NCBI GenBank assembly: GCA_040876265.1
Contig: JBBDPN010000001.1
Location: 118,208-182,207, forward strand
Reading direction: 5' to 3'
Length of the DNA: 64,000 nucleotides
Origin: Candidatus Woykebacteria bacterium
GTDB lineage: Bacteria > Patescibacteriota > Microgenomatia > Woykebacterales > RBG-16-39-9b
Both the position numbers and the translations under genes were made by a program. Shown here in pieces: positions 57,213 through 64,000 of the stretch; within the stretch, counting starts at the first letter, position 1, and every line of letters starts with the position of its first letter. Below the pieces are notes generated by a model that saw only the letters and a list, made by a program, of their open reading frames with translations, did no database searches and was not told the DNA's origin.

Positions 57213-57552
57213 ATATTGAAAAAATTGCCAGTAGCGGCAACACCATCCAAATAATAAAAATCCCCGTCTCGATTATTAAAATCAATCCAAGAATTACGAT
57301 ATCAAATAAAATTATTATACTTTTGAAAAAGGCACCAATAAATATCGCTGTGCGCACCAGTCCCTCACGGTATTCATTTTTCCAGGGCCGGAAAAAAGTT
57401 GTGAAAAGCTCCTTAAAAGAAAAAAGGTGAACAAATGCAGCAAATACCCAACGTAAAATTTTTATCAAAGTTATCGGAGCTTCCAAAAACCACCAGCGGA
57501 GGAATTCAATTGGAAGTTTGGCCAAATATAGAGAGACGGCAGGCGCGTTCAT
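57193..57552 (-). CDS. hypothetical small polytopic membrane protein, first gene of the Clp-like operon
   Basis: Three to four TM helices. Overlaps the ATPase start by 20 nt. Confidence 0.4.
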   Translation of the reverse strand: MNAPAVSLYLAKLPIEFLRWWFLEAPITLIKILRWVFAAFVHLFSFKELFTTFFRPWKNEYREGLVRTAIFIGAFFKSIIILFDIVILGLILIIETGIFIIWMVLPLLAIFSIYGAIFA

Positions 57553-57659
57553 AATTTTGAGTATAGCGAAAAATTACATCTGGCTTCAGCTAGTTATAAT
57601 TTCGAACCTCAGCGAGATATAATTTAATTAACTCTAGTTTAACAAAATTGAGGTTTTTG

Positions 57660-58940
57660 TTAAACCAACTCGTCGTAGAGACGGAGGTGGTCAAGGAGGA
57701 GGCGGGTTATCAGGAATTTGTGGCGGACACGTTCTCTTCCTTTCTCCCCCATTTCTTTTTCCCTATCGGGATTTCTTATTAAATAAACTATTTTTTCAGC
57801 GGTCTCAGCTGCAGTGGTAACTAAAAACCCTGTTTCCCCGTCAACTATTTGCTCGACTATTCCGCCAGCTTTACCACCGATTACTGGCTTTCCCTTCCAC
57901 ATCCCTTCACTTACGGTGAGACCAAAGCCTTCGCGGGTGGATTTTTGAATTATTGCGTCGCTAGCCACTTGAAAAGCGTTTACAGCCATATCCCCCACTC
58001 CGTCGAGATTGCTGAGAATAAAAATTCCTGGATCGCTTTTAGCGTATTTTTTCAAATCCACGATGATATCGGTTGCTTCTGGATCGTCTGGAGCAAAAGC
58101 ACCTATGAGAGCTAGCTGTAAATCTGGTATTTCTTTTTTGGCGGCACGGTATGCATCCATCACCCCCCATGGATCTTTCCAGGGGTCAAAGCGTGAAATT
58201 TGAGAGACTAGTGGTTTATCTGGCTTTAACCCAAATCTATCTACTACTTGGTCGGCTGCAAATTTGTCCAAGGGATTATTTTTTTGGCTGAGAGGATCGA
58301 TAGCTGGAGCAATTATTCGAGCCTTTTCGTAATCTAAATCCGGCCCCAGATACTTTCTCATTGTAAAGATGTAGCGATCGTATTTTTGAATGTATGGCAA
58401 CAGGAAGCGCCAGGTAAAAAGATTTGGATGCGATGTATCTATATGACAGCGCCAGATGGCTGGGTGGAGATTTTTGTGAAACTCGCTTATTGCAACAAAC
58501 TGAGGATCGTGAATTACCCATACATCGGAGCGTTTATCGTTGAAGAACTCTGCTACCTCCTCGTTTGTCTTTAGAAATTCGTCTTTTTGAACGTCAGTGA
58601 GTTCCCCCTTTTTCCCCTGCAGCTGGTTGTGGATTTCTTTGGTGATCCGAAAAAAATTGTTATCTTTTCTGGATACAAACCAGTCGGCATCCAAACCGAG
58701 CCCTTTGAGAAGAGGAACAAGGGAGCGTAGTATTTCGGCAACTCCCCCACCCGAGGGTGAAGTGTTTAGGTGGATGACGCGGATACCTTTGAGCTTTTTA
58801 GCTAGTTTTTCGATCTCAGCGTAGGTCTGCCCTGGAGCAACATCTTTATAATTTGCAATAGGAATTGGATCAAAAGGGACTTCTCGTATCATGGCAGGCG
58901 TACCTTTCGCTTTTGTTTGGAAACCTTTGCTTTGAACCAA
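57660..58940 (-). CDS. treT: trehalose glycosyltransferring synthase TreT-like (GT4)
   Basis: Collinear similarity to archaeal/bacterial TreT: HLNTSPSGGGVAEILRSLVPLL, WRCHIDTS, VSQISRFDPWKDP, REGFGLTVSEGMWKGKPVIGG...VDGETGFLV. Confidence 0.75.
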   Translation of the reverse strand: MVQSKGFQTKAKGTPAMIREVPFDPIPIANYKDVAPGQTYAEIEKLAKKLKGIRVIHLNTSPSGGGVAEILRSLVPLLKGLGLDADWFVSRKDNNFFRITKEIHNQLQGKKGELTDVQKDEFLKTNEEVAEFFNDKRSDVWVIHDPQFVAISEFHKNLHPAIWRCHIDTSHPNLFTWRFLLPYIQKYDRYIFTMRKYLGPDLDYEKARIIAPAIDPLSQKNNPLDKFAADQVVDRFGLKPDKPLVSQISRFDPWKDPWGVMDAYRAAKKEIPDLQLALIGAFAPDDPEATDIIVDLKKYAKSDPGIFILSNLDGVGDMAVNAFQVASDAIIQKSTREGFGLTVSEGMWKGKPVIGGKAGGIVEQIVDGETGFLVTTAAETAEKIVYLIRNPDREKEMGEKGRERVRHKFLITRLLLDHLRLYDELV

Positions 58941-59115
58941 CTCGGGGTTCGTAGCCCACGGAGTGGTCGCAGCATCGCGGAGTACTCGGCTTCGGCACGA
59001 AGTGCTGATGGCATAGAATACGAGCGTGCTATAGCAGGTCCTTTTCCGCGTTTCTTCACTATAGTTTCTACTTTAACAAAAATTGGTTGACGTGTGAAGC
59101 AGGCCGTTAGATAAT

Positions 59116-59472
59116 GTGTCTATGATACGGCTGGCTGATAAAAAATGCGTGCCTTGTGACGACCCTTCCATCCCCAAGCTATCTCAAGAAGAGGCGGAAA
59201 ATTTGAACCAAGAGGTGGACGGTTGGGATTTGGAAGAAAAAAATGGTCACTTGCAGATTTCGAAGCAGTTTAAGTTTAAAGATTTTAAGGAGTCGCTGGG
59301 GTTCGTGAACAGGGTTGGAAATACCGCCGAGGAGCAAAATCACCATCCCAACCTATACATTATTTATAACAAAGTAAAAGTAATTCTCTACACCCACGTT
59401 ATAGCCGGTTTACACGAAAACGACTTCATCATGGCAGCAAAGATTGACGAACTGATAAAACAGAGAATATAG
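59116..59472 (+). CDS. phhB: pterin-4-alpha-carbinolamine dehydratase (PCD/DCoH)
   Basis: EEQNHHPNLYIIYNKVKVILYTH matches the PCD [E]-x3-H-H-P signature. Confidence 0.8.
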   Translation: MSMIRLADKKCVPCDDPSIPKLSQEEAENLNQEVDGWDLEEKNGHLQISKQFKFKDFKESLGFVNRVGNTAEEQNHHPNLYIIYNKVKVILYTHVIAGLHENDFIMAAKIDELIKQRI

Positions 59473-59545
59473 TCTCCTTTTTATAGATTAGAGGAGATTG
59501 GTAGTAACCGAGAAGAATTGGAGAATCAAAGATTAGGTGTGAAAC

Positions 59546-59665
59546 TTACTTGCGGCGTTTGCTAGCTTTTTTTGCCAGCATCTCAGCCTTTATTGCAAGT
59601 CTTTTCTTGGTCTTTTTTGAACGGGATTTCTTTTTCTTACCCACGCCCGTACTTCTTTTTGCCAT
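59546..59665 (-). CDS. candidate small, highly basic protein (39 aa), not in the ORF track
   Basis: Manual translation: MAKRSTGVGKKKKSRSKKTKKRLAIKAEMLAKKASKRRK. Intergenic. Ribosomal-protein-like composition but no family recognised. Confidence 0.3.
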   Translation of the reverse strand: MAKRSTGVGKKKKSRSKKTKKRLAIKAEMLAKKASKRRK

Positions 59666-59746
59666 ATACGTAACTATACACTATTTACCTTCCGCTACTC
59701 TACTATAGAATTTTTGGTGTAAGATACGAAATAATATGCTTAGCTT

Positions 59747-59765
59747 GACAGGGCCTGGCCCTGTC
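59747..59765. repeat. Palindromic hairpin GACAGGG-CCTGG-CCCTGTC, followed by CTGGGTTGATAGG
   Basis: Identical 19-mer to the copy at 14067. Located just beyond the intrinsic terminator of 59826..60425. Confidence 0.55.
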
Positions 59766-59825
59766 CTGGGTTGATAGGACGGGAAAAACTGAAAGCAGCC
59801 CCTGCGTTTCACGCGAAAGAGCTGC

Positions 59826-60425
59826 TTATTTTGGGCCGAGAACTTGATCGAGCCAGGGTTTGTCCTTTCTTACCTCTCGGACAGCTTGCACCCACTCCTC
59901 ACCGTGCTTTATCAATTCAGAATAGATGTCGGGACCCCTCCTGTTCAGGGGTATAGGTCCGTTTATAGAAGTCGTGGCAAAGAAGAAGTCAGTTGTATCT
60001 TCATCCACCCAAGCTTGGATTTTTCTTCTCCAGTGGGCATATCTGGCGACTTTGTCCACGCAATCTTGCTGGTGAAAGCCGCCAAGGACCAGCTCGTCAA
60101 TTGGCGTGGGAAGTTGGTCAAAGACGAACTTGAGCCGCGGGTACAGCCTAAATTCACAATGTTCCGCAAATGAAACCCCATACCCTATCACTAGATCAGA
60201 CGGCGCTACTTCGATGAGTTCTGAAGTGCGTGTCAAATCTGGCGTTTTTGACCCTGTATGCGCAGAGAAAAAGAGCCAGGTAACCTGGAATCCCCCTCTT
60301 CTGTAGCGGTAGTCGATTATTTTGTTCAACCTGCGTGGGTCTCTACCTCTCTCCTTCAGGTATCTTCCTTCGAGTGACGTTTCCACATATTCTCTAATTG
60401 GGTACAAGAACAGATAGACTTTCAT
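59826..60425 (-). CDS. hypothetical protein
   Basis: ORF with a good downstream hairpin plus T-tract terminator (59790-59826 on the minus strand). No confident family. Confidence 0.45.
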   Translation of the reverse strand: MKVYLFLYPIREYVETSLEGRYLKERGRDPRRLNKIIDYRYRRGGFQVTWLFFSAHTGSKTPDLTRTSELIEVAPSDLVIGYGVSFAEHCEFRLYPRLKFVFDQLPTPIDELVLGGFHQQDCVDKVARYAHWRRKIQAWVDEDTTDFFFATTSINGPIPLNRRGPDIYSELIKHGEEWVQAVREVRKDKPWLDQVLGPK

Positions 60426-60523
60426 CTTCCTCCCCCTTCTTGGTTGGGAGTATTATAGCAAATTATTTGCTCTGCAATTTTGGTATTATTAAAATAATCA
60501 AGGTCAGGAACGGAGGAGATCAT

Positions 60524-60991
60524 ATGACTAGGACTGCGTTTAGACTATACAGACTCCCAAGAGATGCGGACGAGCTGGGAGAGAGATTTGCCAAATACCT
60601 GGAGGCTCCAGAGATGGAGTCTGTCATTGTATATTTTCTCAATGCGGTCCCAAAAGCACCCTCGCTTCAGGGAGTAGCAATGGTCGTGCAGGTATCCGAA
60701 AAGTCAGGGTTCAAAATTCTAACTTTTTATTGCCTGGACGATACTGAAAAATGGGAGAACGGAGAACCGTCTACCACCTACTTGAGCACTGCCTATGGGA
60801 ATATATCAAAGACCTTTGAATTGGTGCCCGGAGTGGAGGTGACCGTACTCTTCTACAAAACAAGAGGAAGGGAAATAGTACAGGTCGCGGAGGATCTCGA
60901 GGAAGAACTCGAGAAAAGGAATCCGTTGCGCGACCAACTGTTTGGCGATGCATCGCCATTCCATCTCGCCGCCGCAAGCGTAGACAGGTAA
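60524..60991 (+). CDS. hypothetical protein, divergent from 59826..60425
   Basis: The Met at 60524 follows RBS GGAGGAG by 6 nt. The track start at 60398 lacks an RBS. Confidence 0.45.
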   Translation: MTRTAFRLYRLPRDADELGERFAKYLEAPEMESVIVYFLNAVPKAPSLQGVAMVVQVSEKSGFKILTFYCLDDTEKWENGEPSTTYLSTAYGNISKTFELVPGVEVTVLFYKTRGREIVQVAEDLEEELEKRNPLRDQLFGDASPFHLAAASVDR

Positions 60992-61134
60992 ACTAGAAAC
61001 ACCATTAGAGGGCGGTCCTTTGGATCGCCTTTCTTCTTTTTGGAACTTGAGATATTTTAGGCAGCGGTCTACTACGATACTGCGCAGTATCGTAGTTGAA
61101 AAAGTTATGTGTGGAAAGGGTGCAGACAAGTCCT

Positions 61135-61153
61135 AACAGGGTCTGGCCCTGTC
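61135..61153. repeat. Palindromic hairpin AACAGGG-TCTGG-CCCTGTC, followed by CTAGGTTGATAGG
   Basis: Six of seven stem positions match the family. Located directly 3' of rarA between convergent genes. Confidence 0.5.
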
Positions 61154-61174
61154 CTACTGTCCTAGGTTGATAGG

Positions 61175-62497
61175 TCAGTCTTTTTTGTTTTTGAGCTTTT
61201 CGAGGTGATCGCGGATGTAGCGTTCGTAGCCGATGGCTTTTGGTTCGTAATAGCGGCGACCCTTTAGTTTATCGGGCAGAAATTGTTGGGTCACGTGACC
61301 GCCGGGAAAATCGTGAGCGTATTTGTAACCCCGACCGTACCCTACCCCCTTCATTAAATCAGTCACTGGATTGCGCAAGTGCAAAGGTACTGGTTCGTTG
61401 AGAGTCCTTTTTACGTCAGACTTCGCGCGTTTCAGAGCCATGTATGAAGCATTGGATTTCGGAGTCGTCGCCAGATAAGTTGCCGCGTGAGCCAGGTTGA
61501 GAGCGGCCTCTGGAAGGCCGACGAATTGTACCGCTTGCGATGCAGCTACAGCAAGAGGTAGCGCTTTTGGATCAGCGTTGCCCACGTCCTCACTAGCAAG
61601 AATGATCATGCGACGAGCAATAAATTCTGGATCTTCCCCAGCTTCCAGCATCCGCGCTAGCCAATAGACAGACGCGTCTGGATCCGAGCCTCTCATGGAT
61701 TTGATAAAAGCAGAAATGGTGTTGTAGTGCTCTTCCCCGCCCTTGTCATAGAGAAGTTTTTTACTCCCAAGGGCTTGAGTAATTTTTGGCAGATCAATCA
61801 GTCTTTTCCCGGCTTTGGTCCGAGTAAGGTTGGTCGCAATTTCCAAAGCATTTAGAACGATACGGCTGTCACCATTGGAAGCCTCCAAGAGTAGGTCCAA
61901 CGCTTCCTTTGTTGCAGTTGCTTTAAAAATTCCTAAACCCTTGTCTTTATCTTTTAAAGCCCTCTCAACTATGATTTTAATGTCTTCCCTACCCAACCGA
62001 TCAAGAGTTAAGACTTTGCTTCGCGAAAGTAGCGGGCCAATCACCTCAAAAGAAGGGTTTTCGGTTGTCGCACCGATTAAAATAACAGTCCCGTCTTCAA
62101 CGTGCGGAAGCAAATAAGCTTGTTGGGCTTTATTCCAGCGGTGGATCTCATCTATACAAAGAATGGTTCGTGTGTTCTCGCTTTCCGAGCGCTCTTTAGC
62201 CTCTTTTACCACTTTCTTAATCTCGTTTACGCCCACCTCAACAGCTGAATAAAAAACAAAACGACTTTTTGTTTCATTGGCGATTATCTTTGCGAGCGTC
62301 GTCTTACCGCTGCCTGGTGGTCCCCAAAATATTAGACTCGGGATTTTATCTTGTCTCAGCAGGGTTGAAATTAGTTTGCCCCTGCCCACTAGATGTTTTT
62401 GACCCACAAACTCGCTCAATTTTTGCGGCCGCAGACGGTCTGCCAGAGGTTTGTTCGTCACAGGGTGAATATTATCGGGTTTTTTACGTTTCGTCAA
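61175..62497 (-). CDS. rarA: replication-associated recombination protein A (MgsA/RarA AAA+ ATPase)
   Basis: FWGPPGSGKTTLAKIIA, ILCIDEIHRWNKAQQ, LIGATTENPSFEV. Confidence 0.85.
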   Translation of the reverse strand: MTKRKKPDNIHPVTNKPLADRLRPQKLSEFVGQKHLVGRGKLISTLLRQDKIPSLIFWGPPGSGKTTLAKIIANETKSRFVFYSAVEVGVNEIKKVVKEAKERSESENTRTILCIDEIHRWNKAQQAYLLPHVEDGTVILIGATTENPSFEVIGPLLSRSKVLTLDRLGREDIKIIVERALKDKDKGLGIFKATATKEALDLLLEASNGDSRIVLNALEIATNLTRTKAGKRLIDLPKITQALGSKKLLYDKGGEEHYNTISAFIKSMRGSDPDASVYWLARMLEAGEDPEFIARRMIILASEDVGNADPKALPLAVAASQAVQFVGLPEAALNLAHAATYLATTPKSNASYMALKRAKSDVKRTLNEPVPLHLRNPVTDLMKGVGYGRGYKYAHDFPGGHVTQQFLPDKLKGRRYYEPKAIGYERYIRDHLEKLKNKKD

Positions 62498-62513
62498 CGA
62501 GGCAGCAGCGGAT

Positions 62514-63107
62514 TTATTTCATTTCAGTGTAAGAGGTTTCCACAAGACGGCAGTTTTCGTCAAAAACAAAACTAGTGATCGAGGCCATGGAAATATTGTA
62601 AGAGCGCAGTAGTTGCAATGGTTTTTCCTCTAGCGAAAGTCGCAATGCTAAGATGGGAAACTCGTGAGAAACGCAGATAATTTCTTGACCAGTGTGTTTC
62701 TGGCAAATGGTAAGGGCAAATTTTTTCATTCGCTCTGCCAAGGCGGTGAGATTTTCCGGCAGATCTGGTGCGTCTGGGTCGGTAAGAAAAGCCTCGTAGT
62801 AATTGTTGTTAAAAAGCATTTCGTATTTGTAGGCTTGCCAGTAAGTGGAGTCTGCCTCCGTCAATTCGTAAGAATGAGTGATCGGTACTTTTGGAAAGGC
62901 CTTGGCGATTATGTTGGCGGTTTCGTAAGCTCGTTCAAGCGGTGATGTGTAAATATGAACGATGGGTTTTCCTTTAAAAAAACGGACTGTCTTCTCGGCC
63001 TTTTTCTCGCCAGGGGCAGTTAAGTGGAGCCCGGGAATTCTACCTGGTTCAATCCCATCCGGGTTATCGTAAACCGAGTGGCGTACGTAGTGGGCTGTAC
63101 TTCTCAT
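62514..63107 (-). CDS. histidine phosphatase superfamily protein (phosphoglycerate mutase-like, branch 1)
   Basis: N-terminal RH(S) motif (YVRHSVYDN) and a second His in CVSHEFPI. Modest confidence. Confidence 0.55.
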   Translation of the reverse strand: MRSTAHYVRHSVYDNPDGIEPGRIPGLHLTAPGEKKAEKTVRFFKGKPIVHIYTSPLERAYETANIIAKAFPKVPITHSYELTEADSTYWQAYKYEMLFNNNYYEAFLTDPDAPDLPENLTALAERMKKFALTICQKHTGQEIICVSHEFPILALRLSLEEKPLQLLRSYNISMASITSFVFDENCRLVETSYTEMK

Positions 63108-63268
63108 TTAATTTTCCAAAAATGGGATATACCCCAGAGTAAAAGAAGGATACCAAATATGATCGTGAAGTTGATTTTTAGTAGGTCTAGGCCGTTTAAA
63201 ATGAGGGCAACGCCAAAGATGATAAGGACTATTGGCAGAAACCTTGGACCTTCATGGTGGAAAATCAT
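63104..63268 (-). CDS. candidate small membrane protein (54 aa), not in the ORF track
   Basis: Manual translation: MIFHHEGPRFLPIVLIIFGVALILNGLDLLKINFTIIFGILLLLWGISHFWKIK. RBS GGAGGTGA lies 9 nt upstream. Its stop overlaps the ATG of the phosphatase gene (ATGA). Confidence 0.4.
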   Translation of the reverse strand: MIFHHEGPRFLPIVLIIFGVALILNGLDLLKINFTIIFGILLLLWGISHFWKIK

Positions 63269-63328
63269 AAAACCCGTCACCTCCTATGGGAAACTTTAAA
63301 CTAAACAGTGCTAAGTTTCAAGCTAGGG

Positions 63329-64000
63329 CTAGAGAATTTTCATGGTGTGCTGGTAGCTTTCTTCGATCACAGTTTCAGCAATTTCTGGTGTGAAATCGTA
63401 TGGAGCCAGGGTCAGGCCTGCTTTTGGTTCTATCGGGACAATATTTATGTTTGGGTACATACATTTTATGAGTTCAATTTCGTAGCGGATGGTCTGGTAC
63501 TGGGCGATATCCCGAGCGTCAAGAATAGCTTCAATAAAGTTTCTTGGCGGCTTTTTGACATCCCCAGCGTACCCGGCGTTTATAGCGTAGATGACGCCGC
63601 AGCCCTCTTTTGCTAGTTCAAAAAGCGGTAGATTGTCGGTGACTCCCCCATCGGTGTAAACCTTATCGCCGATTTGAACTGGCGGGAAAATACCAGGAGT
63701 AGCACTACTGGCCATAAGGGCGGGAATAATTTCACCAGTGCGAAACCAGGCGTCTTGGCCAGTTTCAAAATCGGTTGCTCCTATAGCAAGTTTGGTTTTC
63801 AGATCTTCAAACTCTCGAAACGGCAACCGCTTTCCCAAAAATTCCTCTATTTTGCTTGAATCACCAAGGCTTTTGGCGTTTAGACCCTGCGAAGCAAACC
63901 TTTTTAATAGTTGCAACGGTGAAAGACCGATAAAGGATTTTGTGACAAAAGAAAAAAGTATTTTCAGATCAGTGAAGGAATTAAAGGTGTGGGGATCGTA
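63329..64000 (-). CDS. patatin-like phospholipase, 5' end beyond the window
   Basis: C-terminal catalytic DGG motif (VYTDGGVTDNLPL). The track start at 63916 is a TTG. The reading frame stays open upstream to the window edge (..FIGLSPLQLLKR..). Confidence 0.6.
   Translation of the reverse strand, partial: YDPHTFNSFTDLKILFSFVTKSFIGLSPLQLLKRFASQGLNAKSLGDSSKIEEFLGKRLPFREFEDLKTKLAIGATDFETGQDAWFRTGEIIPALMASSATPGIFPPVQIGDKVYTDGGVTDNLPLFELAKEGCGVIYAINAGYAGDVKKPPRNFIEAILDARDIAQYQTIRYEIELIKCMYPNINIVPIEPKAGLTLAPYDFTPEIAETVIEESYQHTMKIL

Noticed and set aside
59826-60425. Isochorismatase-family assignment for 59826..60425
   Set aside because: Only a short G..DCV..A-like stretch resembles the family. 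The N-terminal region and catalytic triad spacing do not match.

Overview
This 64 kb window looks like a streamlined, low-GC (about 40%) bacterial genome with Gram-positive-type envelope features (an LPxTG sortase signal, an LCP family protein, Lgt). The genes are compact and often overlap, and many are hypothetical secreted or membrane proteins. This gene content resembles a Candidate Phyla Radiation (Patescibacteria)-like organism; that is an inference from gene content, not something I can test here.

Recognisable core genes:
- Proteases and peptidases: ctp (S41), htrA, pepA (M17), an M24 Xaa-Pro peptidase.
- Translation: prfA-prmC-rpmE, hisS, efp, tRNA-Leu(CAA).
- DNA metabolism: dnaB, ruvC, rarA, a xerC/D-like recombinase.
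- Other: yebC, lgt, rluD, a Kef-type CPA2 antiporter, a DksA/TraR zinc finger, an orphan receiver domain, a pterin dehydratase.

Accessory and unusual content:
1. A GC-rich island of about 2.8 kb (1.7-4.6 kb) encodes a long-form PurC-like SAICAR synthetase, a small membrane protein and an aspartate carbamoyltransferase-like enzyme. It carries a perfect consensus sigma70 promoter and hairpin terminators.
2. An adjacent, translationally coupled pair: a secreted ConA-like protein with a C-terminal dockerin, and a membrane-anchored cohesin-domain protein.
3. Two paralogous membrane-anchored FtsK/HerA/VirB4/TrwB-superfamily P-loop ATPases (847 and 922 aa). Each sits in its own small locus of uncharacterised, low-complexity proteins.
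4. Three tandem paralogous secreted proteins built from an Asn/Thr/Gly-rich repeat module of about 88 aa; one has an LPVTG anchor. Next to them is an operon encoding a membrane-anchored ClpB/ClpC-like AAA+ ATPase with a degenerate first nucleotide-binding domain.
5. A trehalose/alpha-glucan gene set: a TreT-like synthase, a GH13 alpha-glucosidase, two GT4 glycosyltransferases and a GDE_C-like hydrolase.
6. A recurring 19-nt palindromic intergenic hairpin (GACAGGG-N5-CCCTGTC) at four loci.
7. A 780-bp ORF-free structured region upstream of the recombinase gene, a possible ncRNA.

I found no CRISPR array, no rRNA genes and no clear transposase.
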